From positions 32,001 through 96,000 of IMG/VR virus record IMGVR_UViG_3300035696_000019: DNA of 64,000 bases; one strand, written 5' to 3'. The position numbers and the translations under genes were made by a program. Numbering within the stretch: the first letter of the stretch is position 1; each line of letters begins with the position of its first letter. Under the pieces are notes generated by a model that was not told the DNA's origin, did no database searches, and saw only the letters and a list, made by a program, of their open reading frames with translations. This document shows, piece after piece, positions 29,012-39,272 of the stretch. Source of the stretch: a virus.

Positions 29012-29391
29012 GGTAAACCCCTTTCGTTGGTCGTTGCTGCGTTTCAGTGATTGCAGAATACAAACCGGACTGCGGGGTTACAGCGTGTTTACAGGCGACT
29101 TTGCAAGATGCCCAAGCCTCTCAACACGCGCGCGTATTAATGAGCGCGCACGCGATAATCAACACATGCAGGGAGAGCAAGCGGTGGCATTGGGAGAGTC
29201 GTCGGGTGAGTGCGTGGGCGGTTGGGTGCGTCGGGCAAGACGCCTAGGACGGACAGACGGTTGGGCGTATGAGGAGAATGCCTAGGGCGAAGCGCCGCGC
29301 AAATAAAAAGGCACATCAAATGATGTGCCCGTATACGCCTATCCAGGCATGAAATGGCAGGGAAATCGAAACCAAAATCAGAACTCCCAAC

Positions 29392-29838
29392 TCACCAGGC
29401 TTCGCCACCGTCAATCAGACCGGCGTCACTCGATGGTCGATCGGTCGGAACAGGCGGCGGAGGCGGTTGCCTCTGCTCCAGTGTGTTGTCTTCCGACTCG
29501 GTGAAGTTGCCCTCCTCATCCACCAGGCTGTCCGTCCAGCGCAGCATGAAGTCCTCGTAGGCGGCAACTCCCGAAGATTCCGTGCCGAAGAACTTGTCGC
29601 GGAAGTTGGGATCATCGACCAACTGACCAGCATCCAGATAATTGAACACGCGCAACTGGAACAGTTCCCAATAATCCTCGAACGAGTCGGGGGTGGACAC
29701 CTTGCCATACCATTCCAGCAGCACCCGCACCTTGCCATTATCAAACTGGCGGATGGTGCGATAGCTATCATCGGCGCGCTTGTTGATCCAGCCGGATTTA
29801 CTGATCAACAGGCCATCCTTGTCCATATACGCCACCAT
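29392..29838 (-). CDS. Hypothetical protein ending in EAW
   Basis: TAATG coupling; Pro-rich tail. Confidence 0.6.
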   Translation of the reverse strand: MVAYMDKDGLLISKSGWINKRADDSYRTIRQFDNGKVRVLLEWYGKVSTPDSFEDYWELFQLRVFNYLDAGQLVDDPNFRDKFFGTESSGVAAYEDFMLRWTDSLVDEEGNFTESEDNTLEQRQPPPPPVPTDRPSSDAGLIDGGEAW

Positions 29839-30224
29839 TACTCGCCCTCCTTGCCCAACAGAGCGTCCGCAGACGGCACAATCTCGACTCGATCCGCGCC
29901 AGTTGCAAGACCCGTCAGGCTCAGGCCCACGCAGCAGACAATCAACAGCGCGAATTTGAGGCCGATTTCACTGACGCACTTGATGAAACGCAACAGCACA
30001 TACAGCACCGCGCCAGTTGCCAGGCCGGCCTCACGCACGATCGGCCAGGCCAACGACTCAATAAGCAGTCTCGGCAGCCAAAGGATCAGCGAGGGAATCG
30101 CCAAAAGTGATTTCCACCAGATGTTACGCCGCGCGAAAATCAGTCGCGGATCAGGCAGCAAGTGTTCGCGCCACACCAGAAGGTTGCCATCTTCGTCCGG
30201 CGCAGTTTCAATGATGTTGGACAT
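29838..30224 (-). CDS. Putative membrane protein
   Basis: Hydrophobic segments; start MSNI with GAGGAG RBS. Confidence 0.5.
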   Translation of the reverse strand: MSNIIETAPDEDGNLLVWREHLLPDPRLIFARRNIWWKSLLAIPSLILWLPRLLIESLAWPIVREAGLATGAVLYVLLRFIKCVSEIGLKFALLIVCCVGLSLTGLATGADRVEIVPSADALLGKEGE

Positions 30225-30382
30225 GCAGACTCCTCTGGATGATGTTGAGTGGCAGTGTGACGCCATTGGTGCATTTACTGAACACCGTGCAGCACAGCAG
30301 CGTAACGAACAGCACACCCATCAGAAAATTGCCAAACGAACGGCTGTTGCCGTGCCGCCCTCTTCCTCTCATGATGCTCTCC

Positions 30383-30928
30383 TCAAGCGGCAATACCTGC
30401 CGGCAGCGTAAAGAAACCGAGGTCAAGCCCTCGGAAGAAGCACTGCGCCATGACTTCCACGTCGTATTCGGCGGCGTGTGCGCGTGTCGTGTCGTAGTCG
30501 ATACCAAGCGCAAAGCACAACTCACCGAGCTTGGGCCATTTGCCATTCGGCGTCGCCCAGCGCGCTTGCGTCATGGTGTCCACGCCGGGGAAATCGAACG
30601 GCGCCAGGCCGGCGGCAGTAAACTCGGCAGACAGCATGCCTTTATCGAACTCGATGTTGTGTGCCACGGTCACATCGCACGATTCGAATTGCTTGCGCAC
30701 ATCCGCCGCCAACGCGCGGAACTTGGGTTGGCCCACAAGCTCACCATAGGTGATCCCATGCACCGCGAGCGCGTCGGGATGGATCGGACATTCCGGGTCG
30801 AAGCGTTGCACCAGACGATGCACACAGGCGCGCGATGCACTGTCGTAAACAAGCAGCGCCAGTTCAATCACGCGATCCGTGCCGGCTTTCAGCCCGGTGG
30901 TTTCAGTATCGAAGAACCCGATTAACAT
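30383..30928 (-). CDS. DEDDh 3'-5' exonuclease (Pol III epsilon-like)
   Basis: FDTETTG, AHNIEFD, HAAEYD. Confidence 0.9.
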   Translation of the reverse strand: MLIGFFDTETTGLKAGTDRVIELALLVYDSASRACVHRLVQRFDPECPIHPDALAVHGITYGELVGQPKFRALAADVRKQFESCDVTVAHNIEFDKGMLSAEFTAAGLAPFDFPGVDTMTQARWATPNGKWPKLGELCFALGIDYDTTRAHAAEYDVEVMAQCFFRGLDLGFFTLPAGIAA

Positions 30929-31182
30929 TTCCCTCTCTCCTCCAGTTTTGCGATCACCCGATCTGAAATTTGCTCGATCAGGTCGGCGCGATCTTTTTGA
31001 GCCTGTTCTTCGAGCGCCTTGCGTTGGCTCTCTTGAGCTTGGAACCGAAGCTTCCGCTCCTCTCGGTATTCACACATCAGACAGCGACCCAGCTCTTTAA
31101 CGAGAAGATCGTGTCGAGTGTCGCCACAAGGCGGTATGGGTTTCTCTGCTGTGATTTTCTTCGAAAACGGCCAAAAGACCAT
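30922..31182 (-). CDS. Hypothetical small protein
   Basis: AGGAGA RBS; Cys/His cluster. Confidence 0.5.
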   Translation of the reverse strand: MVFWPFSKKITAEKPIPPCGDTRHDLLVKELGRCLMCEYREERKLRFQAQESQRKALEEQAQKDRADLIEQISDRVIAKLEERGKC

Positions 31183-31559
31183 GCTATCTCCTTGCGAGCC
31201 ACGCGGCTCAAAAAATGGCTCAAGCGTTGACTGATGCAGTCATGAACAATTCATCCATAACCGCATGATAAACGCTCGATAGCGGGGCGACAGCACCCCG
31301 CAACAGGGTTAATGCTGATAGATGTGAATCACCGGTTGATCGCCAAACGCCACCTCGACCACTGCCGGGGTCGGCGTGGGGTCGGTAATGGTCGGCGCAA
31401 TCGGCGCAGCGACCGGGGCCGCTACAGTTTGCGCCACAGCGGCGACAACCGGTGTCGGGGTGACAGATGGTTGAGAAAGGGTTGACGCGGCGGTCGCGCT
31501 GGAGGGTTGGGACGCCTGTGCGTCGGTTGCCAAATCGGGCATTGCGGTTCCTTTCGTGG

Positions 31560-31814
31560 TTAAGAGACTTTCTTGCGGCCCAGGTGCAGGCCGATGCCGC
31601 GACGGAAGCCACGGTCATTCTGGATGTCGAGCAGTTTCACTCGGTCGATGAACATCGGCTTGTAGGCGCGCACAGCGGTCAGCACCTCGCCATTGATGCG
31701 GATTTCGATCAGGTCGCCCGGTTCGATCATGCGCGCCGCGTCCTCTTCGCGGATGAGGTTGAATTGAGGCTCCAGCAGCAGGTCGCGGTTGGATTCGGCA
31801 GTGCTATGTGCCAT
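31560..31814 (-). CDS. Hypothetical small protein
   Basis: GGAG RBS; operator at 31836. Confidence 0.5.
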   Translation of the reverse strand: MAHSTAESNRDLLLEPQFNLIREEDAARMIEPGDLIEIRINGEVLTAVRAYKPMFIDRVKLLDIQNDRGFRRGIGLHLGRKKVS

Positions 31815-31896
31815 AAATTCGTTTCTCCGTATGATATGTCAGTAGTGAGTGATTATAGCGCACAAAGCAAACGACTTGCTTTGTGCGCTATTTGCA

Positions 31897-32793
31897 TTAC
31901 GCTGCGAGTGGAGCATTCAGAACAACTGGCTGGAGCGTATCGACTTCATCGAAGTTGGCATATGGCTTCTTGGCGACAAAAGCATTCCAGGCCGCCATGA
32001 CTACGCGAGCGCGAACGTCATGATTGACGGTGCGCGCCGTATGCTCGCGCAACCAGTTCGCCAGTTGCACGCAGGGATGTGCGCCTTTCAACGACTCGGG
32101 GTGCGCAACCGCCGTCCAGAATTTCACTGCCATTTCAGGCTGCTCGATGAGCGACACGATGCCAACCGACATCGTGCCGGCGCTTTTCAACTGCGCTCGC
32201 AGTGCGCCTTCTGCCTTGCTGGTGACGGTGAGAAACTTTACTCCCGGTGCGCCATACTTCTCTTCGAACAGTCTGGCGATTTCGGAGGAATCGCGTGTGT
32301 CGGCGTAAACGGGATCATTCTTGCTCACGTTGTTTCGGAAGCCGATCATGATCGTGCGAATGGCGCTGGCAATCTTCTGCGCCTCGCCACCCGTCAGGTT
32401 GAACTTTTTGGGCAGGCCGTGTGCGTGGTAAATCTCGGAAGGCGACCGGGGCAGTCCAACATCATGCTGCGAATAGGCGCGGATCAAATCCACTTCCTCG
32501 GTCGCCTCTTGATATTTGATCGCCAAATCGATGGCCACTCCCGATTTGACGATGGCGGCCAGCCGGTGTTGACCGTTGATGATGTAGACTTCGCCCTTGT
32601 ATTTCATCAGATGAATCTGTGTGCCAGGCTCGAAAGTTCCGCCGATCATATGTTTCGCCAATTGGCGAACGTGGTGATCTTTCACGCGGCGCTGCTCTAG
32701 CACCTCCAGTCGTTCCCACTTGCAGGCTTTCAACAACTTGTCGGCGTTTTCGGGCGTAATGACATCTGCGTAGTGTTGGGTATCGGTAATCAT
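31897..32793 (-). CDS. ParB-like (DGQHR-type) protein
   Basis: QRRVKDHHV..LA..M..G.F...IINGQHRLAAIV. Confidence 0.7.
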   Translation of the reverse strand: MITDTQHYADVITPENADKLLKACKWERLEVLEQRRVKDHHVRQLAKHMIGGTFEPGTQIHLMKYKGEVYIINGQHRLAAIVKSGVAIDLAIKYQEATEEVDLIRAYSQHDVGLPRSPSEIYHAHGLPKKFNLTGGEAQKIASAIRTIMIGFRNNVSKNDPVYADTRDSSEIARLFEEKYGAPGVKFLTVTSKAEGALRAQLKSAGTMSVGIVSLIEQPEMAVKFWTAVAHPESLKGAHPCVQLANWLREHTARTVNHDVRARVVMAAWNAFVAKKPYANFDEVDTLQPVVLNAPLAA

Positions 32794-33686
32794 CAGTTGT
32801 TTCCTAAACGGTTAAAGAGGACGGAAGCCGAGTCGGCTTTCCGAATGGATGCCAGCACCTTGTCTACTTCATTGGCGTCCGGCGTGAGGGTTTCCGCGAC
32901 GCCGGCATTGATGACGTCAGTGAAGCCGAGAGAGGGTTGCGCCACCTCTTGAGTGCTGGCTTTGTGCTTGCGGAGATGCCTTCCAACGGTCTGGTCCCAT
33001 ACGCCAACCTTTCGCGCAATCTCACGCGCACTCATGCCGGTTTTCGAAAGAGCCAAAATCCGGTCGATCTTCTCTTGTGGGATGGATGCACCAGCGTTCC
33101 CGCGAAGACTGGCTTCCGCTAAAGAGAACGTTTTTCGTCCAGTGAGTTTGCGAACATACTTGCTGATGGTTTTCCTACTTACGCTCACTTCATTTGCGAT
33201 CCGGGTGTCACTCATACCAGATTTGGAGAGCGCCAGAATCCGGTCGATTCGCTCTTGTGAGAGACGAGGCTTCCATTCACTTTCGCCCCAATCTTTTCTC
33301 TTCACTTCCGCCTCGGTCTTGAGCGCCGGCAAGCCACACATGCTCAACGCTCTCTTGATCGTCCCGCCGTGCCATTTCTCGCCTGCGAAAATACAGGGGA
33401 TGTCATGCTCTTTCAGAGCTTGTGCCGCCTCGCTGTAAGTGGCGCCCGACTTGATCATTTCGGGGAAGAACTCAAGCAAAATGTCGCGCTTGATCTCCCA
33501 ATCAGTTTGAGGTTTGACGGGCTTGATGGGCTGAACAGCAGCCATCAAGGCTTTTGCGTGCTCCTGAACGACGATTGCCGTCATCCTGGCGGCATCCATG
33601 ACAAGATCGCCCGACTCTGCAAATACCGCTCTGACCGCTTCGCGCACAAGGCGCAGAGTCGTGTCGTTAGACGTTTTGTGTTCCAT
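32793..33686 (-). CDS. Multi-HTH DNA-binding protein
   Basis: Two copies of QE.IDRILALSK.GMS...IA..V.V...T, plus a recombinase-type motif. Confidence 0.7.
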   Translation of the reverse strand: MEHKTSNDTTLRLVREAVRAVFAESGDLVMDAARMTAIVVQEHAKALMAAVQPIKPVKPQTDWEIKRDILLEFFPEMIKSGATYSEAAQALKEHDIPCIFAGEKWHGGTIKRALSMCGLPALKTEAEVKRKDWGESEWKPRLSQERIDRILALSKSGMSDTRIANEVSVSRKTISKYVRKLTGRKTFSLAEASLRGNAGASIPQEKIDRILALSKTGMSAREIARKVGVWDQTVGRHLRKHKASTQEVAQPSLGFTDVINAGVAETLTPDANEVDKVLASIRKADSASVLFNRLGNN

Positions 33687-33694
33687 TGCTCCCC

Positions 33695-34129
33695 TCACAG
33701 TCTTTCAAAACCGGACTTACTCATCAGCGCCGGCAGATTGTCCCAATACGCACGCGCCTTGCAGGCTTCGTCGAAATCCACGGTTTTTTGCGTATCAACC
33801 TTCATGTCATTTAGCGCATCGCGTCGCGACACATGCACTTGCAGCGCGCCAATTGTCCAGTCGAAGGTCAGAACCTTGGTTTCGCGGTAAAAGCTGACAG
33901 ACAGCGTTTGCTTCTCTGTCGGGCAGATCGCCTGCAATTCCGTGAACATATTGATGAAGTCAGCATCCACCAGCCCCGACACCGCCATGAATAGCGTATC
34001 GACAGCAACCGAAAGTTGGTCGCCAGTGATGGCGCCCGATTCGGTTGAACGCACAAGCCACTGGATCGTTTCCAGGGTTTTGCGATCCAACTCTTCACGC
34101 AGGGTGGGCAATTCCGCAATCGCGGTCAT
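33695..34129 (-). CDS. Hypothetical protein
   Basis: GGAG RBS. Confidence 0.6.
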   Translation of the reverse strand: MTAIAELPTLREELDRKTLETIQWLVRSTESGAITGDQLSVAVDTLFMAVSGLVDADFINMFTELQAICPTEKQTLSVSFYRETKVLTFDWTIGALQVHVSRRDALNDMKVDTQKTVDFDEACKARAYWDNLPALMSKSGFERL

Positions 34130-34225
34130 GGTGAAAACTCCGAACCAAATGAGCGATAACCGCTCGACACAATCATGTTACAAAGCGGTCACAGGGTTGT
34201 AACCGCTGACACAGGGGAACTTCAA

Positions 34226-34861
34226 TCAGTGCAGCACATAGCCCAACTGGCGAACTTCATTCATGCTGGCCGCCGCCATTGCACGCTCACGCGCACAGGC
34301 TTCTTCCAGCGCGGCCAGGCGTTGCTTGATGTCGAGAATGTGCCGCCCGAGGTGGTAGCGCGAAATCTGGCAGCGACCATCCGCCATCAGGCCCAACATC
34401 AGCGTGTTCAGGTGCTCGATGTAGGATGGACTCAGCGCAGCCTTGCCAGGCTCGTAGACCAGCGGGATGCCAGGTTGCACCAGCATGATCACGCCAAAGC
34501 GTCGGTTGAGCATGTCATAGCAGGCGTCCACATAACGCTTGATGCGCGTCTCTTCCGCCTCGCCCACTTCCGGCTGACCATGCAGGTCGGCCATCAGGTA
34601 GGCGATGAAATCAATTGGCGTGCGATCGGTAATCGTCTCGGCGCAGACGTAGCGTTCAAAGAGGGCGTCGGCGCGCGCCAATACCGCCTCTTGCACATCC
34701 AGGCGCGTGGCGAAGGCCATCGGCTGCCCCGGATCAACGCCCAGATCACGCATGATCGCCGACACCGACGTTTCCACAAACTCAATCTTGTTCTTCTTGG
34801 CGTATTCGCGCGCCAACGTTGTTTTCCCGGTGCGATGACCGCCTACCAGACCTGCCAACAT
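34226..34861 (-). CDS. P-loop nucleotide-kinase-like protein (AAA_28)
   Basis: GGHRTGKTT, ITDRTPID. Confidence 0.75.
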   Translation of the reverse strand: MLAGLVGGHRTGKTTLAREYAKKNKIEFVETSVSAIMRDLGVDPGQPMAFATRLDVQEAVLARADALFERYVCAETITDRTPIDFIAYLMADLHGQPEVGEAEETRIKRYVDACYDMLNRRFGVIMLVQPGIPLVYEPGKAALSPSYIEHLNTLMLGLMADGRCQISRYHLGRHILDIKQRLAALEEACARERAMAAASMNEVRQLGYVLH

Positions 34862-34949
34862 GCTTGTCTCCTCATTGATCTTCACCAACCGCTTAGTATA
34901 GCCGGTAAGTCACTGGCGACTTACCGGCTAGGGCTAAACGTTCGGACGT

Positions 34950-35474
34950 TTATTTCAGCGGGAACGGCGACACGATCACGCGCGGCTCAACATACAGCGG
35001 GGTCGGCTTATGCGTTTCCGGGTTGACGCACTCGACCCAGGTGCCATCGGCGCTTGCCGGACTGAACAACGTATTCGGGTCGGCCTGCGGCAGCACAATG
35101 TTTCCACCATTGCTTTCGCCCGAATGATATTCAGGCTTCGACGGGTTGGTGTATTGCGTGGCATACGGGATGCCATAACCCACCGAGTCGCACAGCTTGT
35201 GCATGTGGCCGTTCATGTCGGTGATGTAGACGATCGTCGGAATCATCTTGTCGCGCAACTCGTAAATGTCCTTGAGCTGACGCTTTTCCGAGAACCGGGT
35301 GATGGTCGGCATGCCGACCTCCTGCGCACCCTGAGCTTCGATACTTTCCTGCGCATGGTGTTGCTGCACGTCAGCGGGCGGAGTCGACTCGGCCCGGCCG
35401 CAACCGGTCAGACCAATCATGACAAAAGCGAATACGACGGCGGCAATGATGCCGAGAATGGTGCGGTTTTTCAT
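34950..35474 (-). CDS. Phage lipoprotein
   Basis: Signal peptide with lipobox LTGC; YGIPYATQYTNP, QADPN.LF. Confidence 0.75.
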   Translation of the reverse strand: MKNRTILGIIAAVVFAFVMIGLTGCGRAESTPPADVQQHHAQESIEAQGAQEVGMPTITRFSEKRQLKDIYELRDKMIPTIVYITDMNGHMHKLCDSVGYGIPYATQYTNPSKPEYHSGESNGGNIVLPQADPNTLFSPASADGTWVECVNPETHKPTPLYVEPRVIVSPFPLK

Positions 35475-35475
35475 T

Positions 35476-35826
35476 TCAGTTGTTTCCTTTGATGGATTGC
35501 TCATAGAAGTCGCGCAGATCGGGCGCGAGGTTGCTGGTGTCGAAGTCGCGCATGCGGCTACGCAGCACGGCGCGAACCGAGCCTTTCTGGGTGTTGTTCA
35601 GCGTCGGCCATTGCTCGGCCGCATCGGCCAACTGCTGCGCCATGCCGTCCTGATACGCCTGGCTCTTTTTGTGAACGTCGTAACGAACTTGCTCGACCTT
35701 GGGCGCCCAGAACTTGAACGACCACCAGTTCATCGCGTCGCCGACGAACCCCAGACCAAAGCCTGTCACCATGATCAGCAGCAGTGCGCCGATCACCTTG
35801 AGATAGAGTTTTGTGCCTTCCATCAT
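35476..35826 (-). CDS. Membrane-anchored protein (partner of the lipoprotein)
   Basis: N-terminal TM helix; SQAYQDG. Confidence 0.65.
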   Translation of the reverse strand: MMEGTKLYLKVIGALLLIMVTGFGLGFVGDAMNWWSFKFWAPKVEQVRYDVHKKSQAYQDGMAQQLADAAEQWPTLNNTQKGSVRAVLRSRMRDFDTSNLAPDLRDFYEQSIKGNN

Positions 35827-36443
35827 GCTTCCCCTTCCAGAATCGCGCGCTCTGCCGCCAGGTCGCGGTTCAGTGCATCGACCGAGGTGAAGCCTGATGG
35901 ATAACGCTTGGCGAGCTTCTGGCTGTTCTTGATGCGCTCGACGGTTTCATCGGTGCCGACCGCGGCGTGGCCGATCGCCTGATACCACGACAAGTCCCCG
36001 CCGACTTCCTCGCCCCAGTTCACGGCGTCAAACTCGCCGCCTTCCAGTTGCTTGAACAGGATTTCCAGCGCCTCACCGGCTTCCGAGAAGATGCCCAGGC
36101 CGGCATGCAATGCGCGCAGGTTGAGCTTTTCGGGATGCAGATGCACCGCCTTGCCGGTGTCGTTCATGATGGCGTCAAAGAAGGCGCTATCACCCGGTTT
36201 GGACACGATATCCAGATGCGCCCCCATCACTTCCGCCATCCCCATCACGCGACCCAGTGCGGTTCTGAAGGCTTCACGATCCAGCGGCTTGCCGTAATAG
36301 ATGACGCGCTTCATCTGGTCGGCCACGGAGGCCGCTCCCATCATCAGATTGAGCGCCATGTGCAGACCCACCTCGCCAAAGTTGAGTGTGTCCACCTGGC
36401 TTTCGGTGCGCAGGGCGAGTGCTTGGTATTGTTTGAAGTCCAT
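35823..36443 (-). CDS. MazG-like NTP pyrophosphohydrolase (tandem domain)
   Basis: YQALALRT, GIFSEAGE, EEVGGDLSWY, KLAKRYP.GF. Confidence 0.8.
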   Translation of the reverse strand: MDFKQYQALALRTESQVDTLNFGEVGLHMALNLMMGAASVADQMKRVIYYGKPLDREAFRTALGRVMGMAEVMGAHLDIVSKPGDSAFFDAIMNDTGKAVHLHPEKLNLRALHAGLGIFSEAGEALEILFKQLEGGEFDAVNWGEEVGGDLSWYQAIGHAAVGTDETVERIKNSQKLAKRYPSGFTSVDALNRDLAAERAILEGEA

Positions 36444-36457
36444 AATTCCTCCGGGAG

Positions 36458-37414
36458 TTAAATGGCAACCGGCGCCTTGATGGCCGGATGCGGGTTGTAA
36501 TTCACCAGTTCAATGTCGCTAGCTTTAAAGTCGAACAGATTGGTTACGTCCGGGTTGAGACGAACGCTCGGCAGATCACGCGGCACGCGCGTCATCAGTT
36601 CTTTCACCTGATCCATGTGGTTCAGATACAGATGCGCGTCGCCGAGTGTGTGAATGAACTCGCCGGGTGCGTAGCCGCAGACTTGCGCGACCATCAGCGT
36701 CAGCAGCGCATAGGAAGCGATGTTGAACGGCACGCCTAGGAACACGTCGCCGGAACGCTGGTAAAGCTGGCAGGACAGACGCTTGCTGGGGATGCCCATT
36801 TCGTCGAAGAAAGCCATCGCCTTCTTTTCTTCCGTGATGTTTGCCGCCAAGATTCGTCCCGGCGGCATCAACGCGGCTCGCTCTGCGGCGGTCATGTCCT
36901 GCACGTAGAACTGGAACAGGGTGTGACACGGCGCCAGAGCCATCAGGCCACACTTGACGTTCTCGTGTGGTGAAATACCTTCGATGGGCAGGTCGGCCAC
37001 GCTCCACGCCGAGACGATGTGGCGACGGCTGTAGGGGTAATGCTTGAGGCTGTTGACCAGATCGGTGATTTGATCGATCAAAATCGACTCGGTGTGGCCC
37101 TCATAGCCCTCCCATGAACGCCACTGTTTGCCATAAATCGGCCCAAGTTCGCCATCCACCGCCCATTCGTCCCAGATGTGATTGCCGGCGGCGTTCAAAT
37201 CCCTGTTGCTGGTCGAGCCGGACAGGAACCACAGCAGTTCGGACACCACCAGCTCGAAAGCGGTTTTCTTGGTCGTCACCAGCGGGAACTTGCCGCTCGA
37301 CAGGTCGAAACGCATTTGATAACCAAAGATCGAACGCGTGCCCACCCCAGTGCGGTCACTGCGGTCGCGCCCATGACTCAGAATATCCCGAGTCAAATTA
37401 CGGTATTGCCTCAT
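36458..37414 (-). CDS. thyA: Thymidylate synthase
   Basis: [35 protein letters not shown]. Confidence 0.97.
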   Translation of the reverse strand: MRQYRNLTRDILSHGRDRSDRTGVGTRSIFGYQMRFDLSSGKFPLVTTKKTAFELVVSELLWFLSGSTSNRDLNAAGNHIWDEWAVDGELGPIYGKQWRSWEGYEGHTESILIDQITDLVNSLKHYPYSRRHIVSAWSVADLPIEGISPHENVKCGLMALAPCHTLFQFYVQDMTAAERAALMPPGRILAANITEEKKAMAFFDEMGIPSKRLSCQLYQRSGDVFLGVPFNIASYALLTLMVAQVCGYAPGEFIHTLGDAHLYLNHMDQVKELMTRVPRDLPSVRLNPDVTNLFDFKASDIELVNYNPHPAIKAPVAI

Positions 37415-37575
37415 TGTTCTCGTCTCCCATAAATCTCAGACACCAGTGCGCCGCCACACAGCGCCCCGACGCCAAACGCGATGATGATCAGCTTGAATGC
37501 CGCTGCGGCATGAACCATGGCGTCCATTGACAGCCTCGCATATGAATTGGGCGGCTTGCGCCGCCCGGTTTCGAC

Positions 37576-37863
37576 TTACTTCAGGTGGTCTTTCAAGGTT
37601 TTCGACACCTTGAACTTGGCAACCTTCTTGGCTGGAACCTTGACGATTCCGCCCGTGCGCGGATTACGCGCTTCGCCCGCCGGCTTGTCGGTCACTTCAA
37701 ACTTACCCAACGAGGCCAGAGAGACATCCTCGCCTCGCGCCAGTGCATAGGTGATTTCGTCTTGCAAGGCGTCCAGCGTTTGTTTGGTGGCGACCTTGGT
37801 CAAGCCGGTGGCGGTAACGACCCTTGCAACCAGTTCGGTGTAGGTGACGGTTTGTTGCTTCAT
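37576..37863 (-). CDS. HU-like DNA-binding protein
   Basis: LGKFEV...ARNPRTG...VPAKKVAKFK. Confidence 0.92.
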   Translation of the reverse strand: MKQQTVTYTELVARVVTATGLTKVATKQTLDALQDEITYALARGEDVSLASLGKFEVTDKPAGEARNPRTGGIVKVPAKKVAKFKVSKTLKDHLK

Positions 37864-37915
37864 CGTGCTCTCGCTTCAAGTGATGGCGGCGCGAGGCCGC
37901 CGGTTAAAATTGGGC

Positions 37916-38290
37916 TTAGTTCAGCAGAGCTTCCAGATCGGCCAACGAGCCGGATGCAGGAACGTCGCTCGCGTCCTTGACGATGTCTGCCGCAACCGTT
38001 GCGGCGGTCGGAATAGCAACCGCCACACCCTTGCGGCGAGTGCCGCGCTTCGGGCCGGGCTTGCTGGCGGCGGGGCGCTTCATGGTCAGCGCAGCAACAA
38101 CCTCATCTGCGTTTGTGAGCAGGTATTGACGCAGGCCGGCGGGGAAATCCTCGCTGGGCCACTCTTCCTTACTCAGCAGTTCGTCGATGTTCTTGGCGCG
38201 CACCACGGTGCGTTCGTATTCGGTGCAAAGGGCTTCACTTTCGTGAATAGATCCGTCAAATGCTTTCCAGGCGGCGATCTTTTTCGCCAT
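37916..38290 (-). CDS. Hypothetical protein
   Basis: Start MAKK with GGAG RBS. Confidence 0.6.
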   Translation of the reverse strand: MAKKIAAWKAFDGSIHESEALCTEYERTVVRAKNIDELLSKEEWPSEDFPAGLRQYLLTNADEVVAALTMKRPAASKPGPKRGTRRKGVAVAIPTAATVAADIVKDASDVPASGSLADLEALLN

Positions 38291-38875
38291 AGTTGTCTCC
38301 GGTGGTTGAAATGATGAATTTGCGTCGCGTGAATTAACGTCAGAAGTGACTGAATTTCCCCAAACGATTTTGAATTCGCGCATTACGCTGACAAATTGAA
38401 TTGTATGGACTTCAACTCGGGCAGACAAGTCACTTGTGACTGATCTGCACAGCTTCCTGAAAATTGTGGCGTTATTCATCCAGCAAACCACACTTCAGTG
38501 GGAAGAAAACATTCTTGAAGCGCAGACCGGGCGTCGCCGAGCGACAGCGGATGCGGCCATCAAGCGTCAATTGACGCAGCCAGATACGCGCCCGCTCTAC
38601 CTGAATGCCGGTCATCTTGGCGACCTGGGTCGCATTCACTCCCTCGGGCGAGGCATTGACCGCCTCTTCGATGGCATAAGCCTGCGTGCCGGGTGTCTTG
38701 GGCGGCAGAGGCGCTTGAGGGGAAAACAGCGAAGCGAGGGCGTGGTTCATATGTAGATTCTCCGAATAATACAGCGCGCCAGGTTGCGCATAATTGTAAT
38801 CGCACATGCGCAGCGCGTGGCGCGCTCAAAACAACAACAATAACTCAGCAATGACTTACATGAAAGCGCGAAACG

Positions 38876-39229
38876 CTACCACGCATCACTGTCGGTAGAA
38901 GGCCGATCGCGCACAGTCGTTTCTCCCAATGCCTCCGCCAGCGTTTCGATGTCCGGCAAGGGCGTCTCGTGTGGGCAGTCCCGCCTCATGATGAGGCTGC
39001 ATCTGGCGCACACATGAATAGTATGGCCATCATTGTGCGAGTCGTCGCGTCGCCAATTGCACCGCTCACACTGCGGCGCGGCGTTGCGCACCAGCCCATC
39101 CAGTTGGCGCTGCACCGCTTCTTGATCGGCCCGTATCGCGTCGAAAGCGGAATAGGATATCGACTGAACCCACTTGCGCAGCGAACTCTTATCCACCGCA
39201 CCCAGGCGGATCGCTCTGCCATCACTCAT
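38876..39229 (-). CDS. Zn-ribbon protein ending in DAW
   Basis: CERC...CARC; tail RPSTDSDAW. Confidence 0.6.
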   Translation of the reverse strand: MSDGRAIRLGAVDKSSLRKWVQSISYSAFDAIRADQEAVQRQLDGLVRNAAPQCERCNWRRDDSHNDGHTIHVCARCSLIMRRDCPHETPLPDIETLAEALGETTVRDRPSTDSDAW

Positions 39230-39272
39230 GAAAGTCTCCGTGTGCCAACGATTGGCGAACAGGGTTACGGAA

